NCBI GenBank assembly: GCA_051294905.1
Contig: CM119371.1
Span: 6,076,001-6,140,000 of the forward strand
Direction: 5' to 3'
DNA from: Botryllus schlosseri
Taxonomy: Eukaryota
Length of the DNA: 64,000 bases
Below, piece after piece: positions 1-11,436 of the stretch (its first letter is position 1; the number at the start of each line of letters is the position of its first letter). Below the pieces are notes generated by a model. That model saw nothing but the letters and a program-made list of their open reading frames with translations. It did not search any database and was not told the origin of the DNA. Position numbers and translations under genes: made by a program.

Positions 1-1138
1 TACAATTGATTATTATCACTGTAGAATAAAAGTTGTTCGGTGTTTGGTTGTGAGTAAAGTAGGATGGTGGTCTAAGTCACATTCACCAAAAGACTTGAAG
101 TCCTCTTTCAAAAGCGACATGACCTTTACTTTGTAGCGACCCTGATACGGCGTCACGTACCTAACAGGGAAGCCGGTGTGTTCCTGGGCTCCGGACCTCG
201 TCTCTCTGCGTTCGCCGCCTGCTGCGCTCTCGCTACACGAAACGCCTAACACAGTACACCCGTCCATACGGTTATAATAAGATTATATTCCACGACACAG
301 TACTCAAAACGGCGTTTCACACTAGACTCATATTACACAATACACACAGCGATACATGCAAACTGATAACGGAACATGCGACCTAACAATACGAGACACA
401 GGCCTACACAGCACACAAGTTCACACAAACCGTATTACGACAGCTAGACCTAAACCTACACCAGCAGCAGCGTTTCCATCTACAGGCGAGGGACTAACTA
501 CGGGACAATATCACTCCCCAGATGCTAGCACAGCATCGTCCGTGATCTTTCCATGCCCCAGTCAATCAATCTGAACACAGATTCCGACAGGATACATCCA
601 CCTCAAGCCTACAAATACAATGCCAACTACCTGCTACTTCACACCCTAACTGTCTAATACTACAACTACTTCCTGCTGCTGTTCCCGACTACTCATACTT
701 CACGCTACCAAACACAGAGACATACTCACTCACATCCAGCTTCAGCCACGCTCTCAGCCAACCCTCTAATCAACTAACTCAACACGCAGTCTCCAACCAT
801 ACCACGTGCAACGTAAATTTCTAAACGGCAAATATCGAACATTCTAGAAACCCCGGGATGCCACAACTTTTACACTGAAGATATAATCAACGCAGTTACG
901 CTGTCAAGATGAGACACCAGAACCTGTGCAATAATGCCTGTCATTATAGAGATGATTTTCATGCTATTGGCGTCATGAAGTGGCTGCTGCTGGAAACGGA
1001 TTTCAAAACCTATAGTTTGGACACGGGGTGAAGATTGTTCTCCACATTATTATTTTAATATTAATATGGTAATAGTTGCCTGTGAGAGGCTGATGTGATA
1101 TTGATCGCTCCTTCCATGCACGACACAGCAAATATATG

Positions 1139-1419
1139 CAGTGGTTCCCAAACTGTGGTCAGCGAGACAATTTTTATGACTGCGTAGTACCTTCCAGAAA
1201 TTCACACGATCCAGAAATTTTCAGAGATTTTAATTCCTTGAGTATAAAAATCTTTAGACAGGTTATTGTCTAAACCAAAATCGAAGTTGCTTAAAATTAT
1301 TTTGTAAATCAACACAAAGTAGGGTTATTCAAATTAAATTTTAATCTCCCCGTGCGAGACAAATGCGACCCGCGGAGGGAAATTGTAAAGGTCTGTCTCG
1401 TAAAGTTTGGGGACCACTG
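1139..1419. mobile_element. hAT-type MITE
   Basis: TIRs CAGTGGTTCCCAAACT / AGTTTGGGGACCACTG; 8-bp flanks only partly match (AATATATG / ATATACAA). Confidence 0.6.
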
Positions 1420-2099
1420 ATATACAATGTTCTGAAGATGAGCGGTAACAACAATTCACTTACAGTTCAATAATATCATCAAAGACACAACTGTCACGCC
1501 ACACAGGCTTAACTTAACAACAAAATTACCTTGCAAGATGCAGCAACAGTTAGAGATCTTGCAACCTGATCTTTAGTTCTTTTATCTGGGATCTCGAGGT
1601 CAGGATGAGTCGATCTGCATGCTCCTAAAAAGAGATATAACTAGATGAAGATGTCCACTGTCCAGTCATGGTATATTATACATCAGACAACGAACAAGTT
1701 TCATTGATATAAGAGACTGTTGGAGGTATAGAATTCCAATATACTATTGAATAATATATTCATATTGCAATATGCATAATGCATATTGCATATTGCAATA
1801 ATATATTCAATTGCAGCTGAATATTTTCTGCTAAAACTCATTAGCAACTAGAGTACTAAAGTAGGTAACTTAGCACATCACGACATCAGTATTCTTATTA
1901 CCAAATATGACGTCAAACGATTAAAATGTTGAAAAATCGAGGCTAGGGCTCAACTTTTTTTTACGTTGATTACGTTTAATTTCCGTCAATAACCGTTGAT
2001 AACTTACGTCTAATAGTCTTTTCAAGTGTCACTCCTGTTGTTTTGACCCTTAAGACTAGGATTTTCATACTTTCTTTACAGCTATGCTGGTCATCATAT

Positions 2100-3400
2100 T
2101 TCCGGCAATTGTACACCCCGGATTCCCATTAGAGCGGCTACCTGTAAAACATTATATTAGTGGTACACAATACAGATGGTACTGCCTTGCATTAATGGTT
2201 TGCACCAGAATTAACAATAACATTTATGGGCATTCTAGATAAAACCATCCACACCATAAATTTCATGGTCACGCTAATCAAAGGCTTGGTTGACTTTGCG
2301 ATTTCGCAATAAATCACATTGGCAATTCAATTTTTGATAATAGAACTAATTTCGAAAAGGACCCCTGCTGTGTCTGAAAATGATTCCTTGGTGTCGGCAT
2401 ACACCCCTGATTCAGACTGTCAATCGCTTTGTTCGAATGAGAAACAAAAACATACCAGCGCAGACTTTGCCGTTGTTCAAAGGTGTTCCAGCTGTGACAA
2501 GGTTTCACAGGGATCTTCAATTATATCTTCCAGCAAAATTGGGGCACTCGATTGAGGTCTTTTAGAGTCATTGTCGATATGATGTCTGAGGAAATCCATC
2601 ATCTGGTTTTTCTGCAACTTTATGTCTTTGATGCACAAGCTAAAAAGGATTCGATTACAAGAAAGTTAGATTGACCATCATATGTGATATACTTACCATT
2701 ACTTTATGACAGGCCACATTGTTGATGGTCAAAATTTTGTAGTTCAACGATGATTTTAAATGAAGGAGCATCTGAAAAACAGAGAGACTTTATTCTCAAA
2801 TTCGAGAACGCATCAAAGTGCTAGGAACTTACTGCAGGACTTAGATCTCTGGCCGTTACATTCAATTCAATGTTGGGATCATAGATCATGCCATTCTTGA
2901 ACACTCTTTTCGCTAAATGATGGCAAACTTGCATTGCGAGCATCATTGATATCACTCCTGCTTGCCACTTTCATTGCCAGAATCATAAGATGACCGCATT
3001 CTTGAAATTGGCATGTTTTGTATCTGAATACTTGGATTACGTTTCTTCCTTGCAGTGCAGGAAAAACATCATCTACAAATTATAAACGTTTTACATATAT
3101 GTACCATATTTCACGGAATAAAAGGGTATACCTTGAGTCCTTGACCATCAGTTGACGCCGAATTATTCAAAAATTGTTTGTTCAGCTGACGTTTTCGTTT
3201 TGGCCGCTGCGCTTCATTTTCAGTCCAGACAATGACAAAGACGTGAGCAAGCCACTACTCTCCGCAGCTTTTATTATATCACTAAAAGCTACCTTCAATA
3301 CATCTAAAACAGATGGATAATGTAGATGGCAAAGGTAGGCCCACTTGGAAAACAGTAGACCTACGCTAATTCTGAGTTTATAACTTACTGGATGAGCATT
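2100..3400 (-). pseudogene. Degenerate spliced gene, possibly DUF4806-type (transposon-associated)
   Basis: Fragments ENEAQRPKRKRQLNKQF, DIIEDPCETLSQLEHL* and FSKLVLLSKI with splice-like junctions and stops; resemble the 35.3-38.3 kb pseudogene. Boundaries approximate. Confidence 0.3.
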
Positions 3401-4441
3401 TCATCTGTATCTTTTATACAGAGACCGATTGCGATTATCATATTATGGTTGCTTTTTATTCTTAGCCTTACTGTGCTATTTGCATTCTTACGCAACCACC
3501 AGACATGCAATACTATTATAGATACAAACAATTTCACACAATTCACAATTCATAAGATATAAGCTAGTCTGAATCAATGAGATCACTTCTACATCGGTTT
3601 TCCAGCTTTTATGTATTACAGCAACAGCAACCGATTGTTCTTGTTCAACAAAAAGCACAACAGCAAATGATTGCTCGATTTATTGATCGACTAATACCCA
3701 CCTATATTCATTTACAGCAAATCCTTAAAGTAAGGTTGGAGTAAGTTGATATCCAGAAAATGTGCTCCTGATTAGCCGCACAAGTTCTATAGTTTATTAG
3801 TTGGTTTGATATGAATCAAAGAATTATATTCAGACATAGCCGCCCAGTTATGATATGGACACTATATTACCAGAAAGACTAGACTAGTTCTATGAAGTTA
3901 CATCGTATTAGCTCAAGTCAAGTCCTTAACTATGATTATATAAGAAGCATAGCCTATACAGTGCAGTTTTCGGTATTCTTCTATAGAAATATGCTTGGAT
4001 TAGCCTCAATTAACTGCGATTTCCCTGAACGCAACTAAAACCAAAACGACAACGATATCTGCACTGAAAGCCGCCATTATCAGAGCGCTTCTGTCTTTTG
4101 TCTGACGATTTGAAACCTGCGCGCCGAAACGGGTGTTCGCGTGGGAGAAAGTGCCTCAAGCCATTGAGTCACTCGGCTCCGACGGCTTGACGGCTAGATG
4201 GTTTTCAGCGTAGCCGGAGTGGATCCGGATTCTGAATTTGCTTTGACAGTCGGATTGTAGCAGGATTTTTCTATTGAACTTTCAAATAGTATAGCATTAT
4301 TTTGGCAGCAGTTTTTCGGATTACCCAGAATTGGAAATTCATAAGACTTTCAAATTGCCGCCTGGAGCCGTAATGGATTCGGATTCCAAAATTTGGGATG
4401 GCCAAGAATCAAAATATCTGCAAAATCACGCGAAAGCGGCG

Positions 4442-5059
4442 TGTGACAAAAGGAAAAACATTCGATCATAGCAATTTACAGCGATGTAAATTGCTATGAT
4501 TCGATAGTGGCAATAATTACGGTGACATATCACCCCAGAAGAGTAAGACATCAATAAAATTGATAGTAGATAAATTATACCATAAAATGAAACAATAATC
4601 GAATTTGATTCCTCACAAATGTATTTTCGGCATTTTGACGAAAGTTGTTGGATAAGAAAAATATGTATTCAAGATACGTTTCCGCACAAGATATGCATAA
4701 ACACAATTTTGAGATAATTAGGATAACAAAAAGATATCCGAACATGTCCTGAATATATCTCGTGTTTGCTGGGTCATTTGTGAGCAGACCTACTATACGT
4801 ATATAACCAACGACTGCCGAACGAGCAGACGCGAACGAAGCGATGAAACTCTCGGCGACGGCCGATGCCGGTTGGGGCACGGCTTTCTGTGCTAGTGTTC
4901 GTCGTGACCCGATCCCGGAAGTGGCCCACCGATCCCAAATCGGCTCGCGCGGCGGAACGTGTTCGCGCGCTGACCGGCGCGCAAGTTCCAGATCAGCGCG
5001 AGACGACGGTTTTCGACGGCGGGCGGGGCGGCTCGATCGAGCTGTGCAAAATTACCACA
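4442..5059 (-). repeat. Putative 3' LTR (different from the 5' LTR)
   Basis: Minus strand: purine tract AGGAAGTAGA then TGTGGTAATT at 5059; GC-rich U3-like part, TATA-like sequence near 4800. Left edge is 4442 (TGTGACA) or 4485. Confidence 0.5.
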
Positions 5060-5369
5060 TCTACTTCCTAAAGCCGCGTTTCGCGGAGCTAGCAAGACCC
5101 GCAGCCCCATCTGACCCGCGCTCGTCTGACGGGCAGTTCAGACCTGTCGGGCGATGACCGCAGCCCGGTTCTGCCACGTCGCCAACCAGTACTACAACGC
5201 GGCAAAAGTCCATTTTGCACTGTTGCACATTAAGCACTGTGCTTGCCTCGCCGCCGCGCCGCGCCGCCGCCGGGGCTCGAATCCCTCCCACCAAAGGCGA
5301 AAATGAAGAGCGAAAAAGTATACGGTATGGTTACGCCCGAAGAATGTAGAAGGGCAAGAAGTGCGAGGG

Positions 5370-7634
5370 TCATTGTTGCGTCATGCCACTGTTACGTTGC
5401 GGCATCCATTTTGGTCTCAAAAGACGCATGTCCGGCCAGAAATGAGAACGGCTGATCAGCTCCGCCGTTGACTTCATTCCTGGGTGAGAAAGATTGTGAA
5501 TCATTTTGAATATACGACGTCTCAAACTGGCGGAAATATACGGCCGGGGCTTTTCCCTATCCGATATTCTGCACCAAATGTGATGTTCATCAAATCTGCG
5601 TTTTACCAATCCAATAGACGTTTCCGGCGGCGCGTCAATCAAGGCTTTCAGCTCCTTGTCGTCCTCCTGCGCTCGTGCTATTTCGCCTGTCGAAACTATA
5701 TCGGCATGGTCAAGAATCACGTTGTTAATGCAAGGGTATGGCTCATTTGGTAATTCATGTTCATCGTCACTCTGCGGCGTGTCATCAATGGAGATCAATT
5801 TGTCAAGCATTAAATCTGGTCGTGATAAACAATCTGCGACCGTGTTCTCCGAACCCGCAAGTAATTTTAAACATGGATGATAGTCCAATATGATGCAGCG
5901 GTATCTATTTTGACGTGCCAGTTTCAAATCACACGTGCTCGAAGTTAGTGTCTGGAACAGCGACTTCGAATCCACAAAAAGATCAAACTCCCTTCCGCGC
6001 AAAAACGTATTAAAATGCACCACGCCATTTTTACATGCCAGTAATTCCTTGTCAAAAATGTCATAAAACTTCTGATTCGCTCGAAAGGCTTTGGAGAAAA
6101 AGCCCAGGGGTACGAGCTTACCGTCAGGTTCATATTGATGCAATGCGGCCGCCATGGCCGTCAGCGAAGCGTCAGTGTATAACGCTAACCTTGCATTTTT
6201 ATTCGGATGTGCTAACGCGGTCGTCTCGGCAAGCAGCGCTTTGATGGTCTGGAAGCTGGTCTCCGATGCTGTCGTCCATTTTAACCGCTCGTCCTTCTTC
6301 GTGCAAGAAGATATCAGGTCATACATAGGTTGTGCTGCTTCGGCAAACCTAGGAATTAAACGATGGTAAAATGCTGCCATTCCACAAAACCGTCTCAGCC
6401 CTTTTAACCGTTCGGGGCGAGCAAAGTCCCTGATTGCCGCAGATTTGTCATTAGTCGGCAATATACCTTCAGGTGTCACCAAATGGCCCAAGAATTCCAC
6501 TGAACTCAGGCCAAATTGACATTTTTCCGCATTGATAGGAATGCCTACCCGTTCCATAATTGAGAAAACTTCAGTCAATGTGCCAAGATGATGGTCCCAA
6601 TCGGAAGATCCTACGAGTATGTCGTCCAGGAACACGAAAGTATCCTTCACATCATGGAATAACTGTCTCAAACAAAAGCTGAAGAAGTTAGGACTACAAC
6701 TGGTCCCCATCGACATGCGTTTAGGGGCATATACGGCAGAATCTACTGCAAAAGCAGCAATCTCTGATGCCCTGTCGCTCATTTTGATGATGTAATAACC
6801 ATCTTTAATGTCAATAGCCGAAAATATGGAACAGCCGTACAACTCATTCGTAAAATCGCGGAGATAACTGATAGGATATGCAGTCTTTACTGTCCATTCA
6901 TTAATCGCACGATAATCAAAGCATATACGACACTCCGCTTTATTTTTCTTTGCGACAATGTGCGCTGGGCTAGAATAAGGCGAGGTACTTTCAACAATCC
7001 AACCACGATCTAGCCAAAGTTTCAATTTCTCCTTTACTTGATCGCGATAGTGAAGCGGTATTTTGCGTGCCGGCAATTTGATGATCGGCGCCCCCGGTTT
7101 GAGGCAAATGTCAAATTCATATCCTTCTAGCGGCGGACGATTCAAGTTAGTATCAAAAAGGACCTGATATCGGGACAACAACGCGGTGAGCTTCTCATTC
7201 TCGCGTTCAATGGTCAGGTTCGAGGCTAATCCTGCCGCTGTAATGCTAGACGTAGCCGTCAAAATTAGGTTACGTTCCTCGTCAGAAATGGTCTGATTTT
7301 TCATATCAATAACCCAACCGAAATGTTTGATAAAATCAGCTCCTATGATGTCATACGGAACCTCAGCTTTCTCAAACGGGAAGGTGTACGTGAAGTCAGA
7401 ACCAAAAGTCAATGAAAGGTCTTCTGTGCCAAAGCCGAATAACCTTGTATTGTTGGGACATCTGAAGGCGACCGTAGGCTTAACAGACGCGCTATCCGTC
7501 ATTTTCTTAAAGCAGCGTTCACTGCCCGAATCAACCAACAACACACATTTAGTAAGCAAATCGCACAAAAACAAAAGATTCGATCCAGTGAATGAAGGGG
7601 GGTTTTCAAGCTTTACTTCATTTATTACAGGCAT
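5370..7634 (-). CDS. pol: Gypsy pol (aspartic protease, RT, RNase H, truncated integrase)
   Basis: LLVDSGS (protease); FSAIDIKDGYY and VFLDDILV (RT); LYTDAS...DKELLA (RNase H); HNLSHPG (integrase HH); homology stops after HFWPDMR (~5423). Confidence 0.93.
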   Translation of the reverse strand: MPVINEVKLENPPSFTGSNLLFLCDLLTKCVLLVDSGSERCFKKMTDSASVKPTVAFRCPNNTRLFGFGTEDLSLTFGSDFTYTFPFEKAEVPYDIIGADFIKHFGWVIDMKNQTISDEERNLILTATSSITAAGLASNLTIERENEKLTALLSRYQVLFDTNLNRPPLEGYEFDICLKPGAPIIKLPARKIPLHYRDQVKEKLKLWLDRGWIVESTSPYSSPAHIVAKKNKAECRICFDYRAINEWTVKTAYPISYLRDFTNELYGCSIFSAIDIKDGYYIIKMSDRASEIAAFAVDSAVYAPKRMSMGTSCSPNFFSFCLRQLFHDVKDTFVFLDDILVGSSDWDHHLGTLTEVFSIMERVGIPINAEKCQFGLSSVEFLGHLVTPEGILPTNDKSAAIRDFARPERLKGLRRFCGMAAFYHRLIPRFAEAAQPMYDLISSCTKKDERLKWTTASETSFQTIKALLAETTALAHPNKNARLALYTDASLTAMAAALHQYEPDGKLVPLGFFSKAFRANQKFYDIFDKELLACKNGVVHFNTFLRGREFDLFVDSKSLFQTLTSSTCDLKLARQNRYRCIILDYHPCLKLLAGSENTVADCLSRPDLMLDKLISIDDTPQSDDEHELPNEPYPCINNVILDHADIVSTGEIARAQEDDKELKALIDAPPETSIGLVKRRFDEHHIWCRISDREKPRPYISASLRRRIFKMIHNLSHPGMKSTAELISRSHFWPDMRLLRPKWMPQRNSGMTQQ

Positions 7635-7654
7635 ATTTTCAAGCTCGTCAACCC

Positions 7655-9307
7655 TTAATGAAAATTTTGACCCTTCGTAGACACGTCAGAGGGGCCATTC
7701 TCTTTTTCCCAGGTACATGTTGGGGCCGTGCATTTAGTAGCTTTTCGACCGTATCGAAAATGAAACCAGCAATACGGGTGTTCCACCTTGGATTTCCCGT
7801 CCCTTTCCCCCGAGTCATTAATTTTGTTCGGCTTCTTACTGTCTTTGTAACGCGAATTGTATTGATTACTGTTACTGTTCACTTTCAATACTTCACGAAA
7901 TTCCGACCGAAGATCTTCAAACATTTTACGAATACCCTCGGAATGATCACATTTATTCCTAGGTTCCCAGGCCTGTTTGTTCACTGCATTAACACGGTCC
8001 GACGCTACAAAAGGTGGGGCCGACGGTGAAAGGTTTGAATGAACTGCATTGACATAACCAGTGCCGGTCGGAAGGCTTTCATCCGCGCGCTGAGCAATCG
8101 TCAATAATTCGTGTGTATCAACGTCATCACCTTGAGTTACTAGCGATGGTCTCAACCTAAGATCCAACATTTGGATAAAGATAGATCGCCATGATCGTCT
8201 GTTGGCCTCACAGTCAACCTGCCCGGACATGTACTCGTTGGTGTAATCGAACGCCTGTTCAGGGGTCCATCCACCCTTCCTAACCAAAGCCATAATGGCT
8301 GCAAAATTATTGGCCAATTTTTTCGATTGTGGCATATACCGCTGAAGCAAAGCGCTCTTGGCCTTCTCGTAACTATTCACGTGTTTCGTGTCTAGTCGGC
8401 CATTGAATGTCTGTTTAATGATGCCTTGGCCAATGTTGAGCATAACAAACGTTGTTCGTGCCTGATTAGAAGTTATACGGAACGCATCGAACATTACTTC
8501 TGCTTGTTCAAAGAATTGCTCAGGATAACGTGTTTCGAATGTGACTTTTTTCAGTTTATTCACAACTTGATGCATTTGACGCTGTAATTCCCGTTCCTGT
8601 GCCGTCAAGGAAATTGGTTCAAAATCCCTATTCTGTTGCGGTAACATAACGGCGTCATTCGAAATTGGTGGTTGCGCTTGACTGGGCCCAACCGATCGCG
8701 ATGCTATACTATGCACCGGAAATTGTTCGTGAACCACGTTCTGCTGCGTCCTAATATGCGGTACGGCGTCTAAACTCGGAACCGCGGAACGCTGGTTAAC
8801 TCTCGTATCAAGAACGGCATTAGGGCCCATATCCCTTGAAGGATCGCGTATTGTATTAGCCGACGGCGCTATCTGCCTGTGCGGTCTTCTGTGAGTTACA
8901 TTAGTCAAATCTCCCAATATTGGTCGTGGCGGAATAGCTATGTCACTTATCACCCCACGATTGACCACGTCACGATCACCACTTGGACGAATGCCATCAT
9001 TCAAATCAATGTCAGGACCCGCATCTAAACTAGACCTTGGGGAATCTCCTTGAGGAAAACCCCCCAGCGGACCTGCGGCGTAACCCGACAATACAGACGC
9101 ACTCTCTGTTTCCGGCTGTTTACGACGAGTACCACCGTGAATTTCAGATTTGGTTTCATTTTTTATGCTAGGAGGAACAGCATCTACACTCTGATCAGAA
9201 GTACCGGGTATCACAGTTTCCTGTGAAACAATTTTGGCGTTACTGTCCTCAGAGTGAGGTGGGTCCTCATCAGACTTAATTGTAGTATCTGCGTTTGCGC
9301 TAGCCAT
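7655..9307 (-). CDS. gag: Gypsy gag with CHCC zinc knuckle
   Basis: Long ORF, first ATG at 9307; capsid-like YPEQFFEQAEVMF region; C-terminal CWFHFRYGRKATKCTAPTC. Confidence 0.85.
   Translation of the reverse strand: MASANADTTIKSDEDPPHSEDSNAKIVSQETVIPGTSDQSVDAVPPSIKNETKSEIHGGTRRKQPETESASVLSGYAAGPLGGFPQGDSPRSSLDAGPDIDLNDGIRPSGDRDVVNRGVISDIAIPPRPILGDLTNVTHRRPHRQIAPSANTIRDPSRDMGPNAVLDTRVNQRSAVPSLDAVPHIRTQQNVVHEQFPVHSIASRSVGPSQAQPPISNDAVMLPQQNRDFEPISLTAQERELQRQMHQVVNKLKKVTFETRYPEQFFEQAEVMFDAFRITSNQARTTFVMLNIGQGIIKQTFNGRLDTKHVNSYEKAKSALLQRYMPQSKKLANNFAAIMALVRKGGWTPEQAFDYTNEYMSGQVDCEANRRSWRSIFIQMLDLRLRPSLVTQGDDVDTHELLTIAQRADESLPTGTGYVNAVHSNLSPSAPPFVASDRVNAVNKQAWEPRNKCDHSEGIRKMFEDLRSEFREVLKVNSNSNQYNSRYKDSKKPNKINDSGERDGKSKVEHPYCWFHFRYGRKATKCTAPTCTWEKENGPSDVSTKGQNFH
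7661..7667 (-). promoter_or_regulatory. -1 ribosomal frameshift slippery site A AAU UUU
   Basis: X XXY YYZ heptamer one codon before the gag stop; the -1 frame is open and continuous with pol. Confidence 0.7.
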
Positions 9308-9529
9308 CTCAGGATTGTAAAATATCCTAGTCTCCACAGATAATAAATCATACACAATAACAACAATATAAGCACACAATAATTATATGTAGCATGCACA
9401 ATCAACTAGGGACTGCCGTATGAAGTCTATATACCAGAACGGAATAAAGAACACGTCACCTGAGTTGCGAAGTTAAGCGTTTCTTGATGGTAATACGTAT
9501 CGAGTCTGTGCTGGCGATATATCCAAATA

Positions 9530-9547
9530 ATCTCGTTCAAAGCACCA
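9530..9547 (-). promoter_or_regulatory. Primer-binding site
   Basis: TGGTGCTTTGAACGAGAT directly after the LTR-terminal CA; has the form of a tRNA 3'-end complement. Confidence 0.65.
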
Positions 9548-9877
9548 TGTGACAGTATGGTTAAATGAGGTATAATAGTCTCTGCAATTAGAACTCAGAC
9601 GAGTAGTTGTCCTGGCGTAGGCTGCACTCTGTCTGTACTTAACTGAGAGATAGAACGTCCTCTTCGACCGCTGTCGTATCGTGAACTCTTCAGACGAATA
9701 TATTGTTCAACACAGTCTATTTATTGTACGTAATTCCAGTAGGTTTAGCATGAATCTCCTCGAAATTGCTCTCGCACGAGTTTATAAATGGTCGATATTA
9801 TCGTAATAGGAAATCACGTCACGTACGCATAAGGCGTGCAATACACTGTTGTGACACGCCTAAGACACACCGTTACA
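9548..9877 (-). repeat. 5' LTR (330 bp)
   Basis: Minus strand TGTAAC...GTCACA, TATA-like TTTATAAA (~9781-9788), AATAAA (~9720-9725), followed by the PBS. Confidence 0.8.
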
Positions 9878-10433
9878 GCGATTAGTATATGTTAATAACA
9901 AATATTGCGGATCGTAAAATTTGTATTGAGTGTAGCTTTATTTTCGGATAATAGAGGCATTACTACACTCGCTTTTATGCTTCAACATGTAGCCTATGTT
10001 CTGCAGACAAACGAACTACAATTAATTAGAACTGAAAGTATGATACTAGCAATTGAAAGCGTAATACAAATACCACCTAAAAAGAGCGGAAAATATATTT
10101 CTTGTCTTTGTACATAAAGCTGCAAAGGTGATCTGCTAGAACAGGTGTAGGTTAAAAAAGCTGGATTTTCCAGATTAGCAGGACACGTCATGGGCTGCTA
10201 GATTTCGATATGCTGGGTAACTGCTAGATTGCGAAACGGTAGTTTCAAACGTTATTGTGGGCCATATTTACTGTGTTGAAATATTTGATATAGGCGACAA
10301 TGCGGTGTGAGCGGGACCAAGCAATCCGGTACCTAAATTATATTCACTGATACTTTCGTGAAAACATATTTGCCACTCCATAACTGCTGTGCGCGAAGCG
10401 CCAAAAATTTCTGGGATTTTATTTGACTTTAAT

Positions 10434-11357
10434 GAATATTAAATGTTGGTACTACGTGAAAACAGTCCCAAAATTTCTCAGGCTATCTTTCGTATTGGGG
10501 GAATAAGCTACTTCTACTTGACAAACTGAAAATAGCGAAAAGTAAGTAAGTAGATTACTAAATATTACGAAGTAGAAGTAGAAGTAGAGAAAATCTTGAT
10601 CAAGTACCAGAAGTAGAGGAAAACTACTTGAGTACTTCCAAAAAGTAGAAGTACATCGTTACTGACCACCTCTGAATATTAAATGAGAAGTACTACGTGA
10701 AAACAGTCCCAAAACTTCTCAGGCTATCTTTCGTATTGGGGGGATAAGCTACTTCTACTTGACAAACTGAAAATAGCGAAAAGTAAGTAAGTAGATTACT
10801 AAATATTACGAAGTAGAAGTAGAAGTAGAGAAAATCTTGATTAAGTACCAGAAGTAGAGGAAAACTACTTGAGTACTTCCAAAAAGTAGAAGTACATCGT
10901 TACTGACCACCTCTGAATATTAAATGTTGGTACTACGTAAAAACAGTCCCAAAATTTCTCAGGCTATCTTTCGTATTGGGGGAATAAGCTACTTCTACTT
11001 GACAAACTGAAAATAGCGAAAAGTAAGTAAGTAGATTACTAAATATTACGAAGTAGAAGTAGAGAAAATCTTGATTAAGTACCAGAAGTAGAGGGAAACT
11101 ACTTGAGTACTTCCAAAAAGTAGAAGTACATCGTTACTGACCACCTCTGAATATTAAATGTTGGTACTACGTGAAAACAGTCCCAAAATTCCTCAGGGGA
11201 TATTTCGTATTGGGGGATTAAACTACTTCTACTTAACAAACTGAAAATAGCGAAAAGTAAGTAAGAGGAAACAAACTGAAAATAGCGAAAAGTAAGTAAG
11301 ACGAAAACTACTTCAGTATTTCCAAAAAGTAGAAGTACTTCGTTACTGATCACCTCT
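10434..11357. repeat. Tandem array of ~240-bp units (3 full, 1 rearranged)
   Basis: Units start at 10434, 10674, 10915, 11149; AGTAGA-rich; each ends GTTACTGACCACCTCT; a dispersed relative is at ~42100-42160. Confidence 0.9.
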
Positions 11358-11436
11358 ACAAGTAATTCAATGATCATGCGTTTTACTGAACCTGCATCAC
11401 AATAAATTGACCGCAAACGAAGTAATCGGAGCTTAC

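Larger units (their letters stand above)
4442..9877 (-). mobile_element. Ty3/Gypsy LTR retrotransposon (CsRn1-like), integrase-deleted, non-identical terminal repeats
   Basis: gag and pol ORFs, PBS, PPT-like tract and TG...CA-bounded LTR-like segments at both ends that share no visible homology. Confidence 0.8.

Noticed and set aside
4575-5455. Overlapping ORFs, including a possible env remnant
   Set aside because: GC-rich LTR/3' tail gives open frames on both strands; no recognisable motifs, only a short hydrophobic stretch.
9308-9405. gag N-terminal extension and ORF 9211-9405
   Set aside because: Non-ATG or leader-region frames without support.
10434-11357. Tandem array as CRISPR
   Set aside because: Units are wholly repeated with no unique spacers, no cas genes, eukaryotic context.
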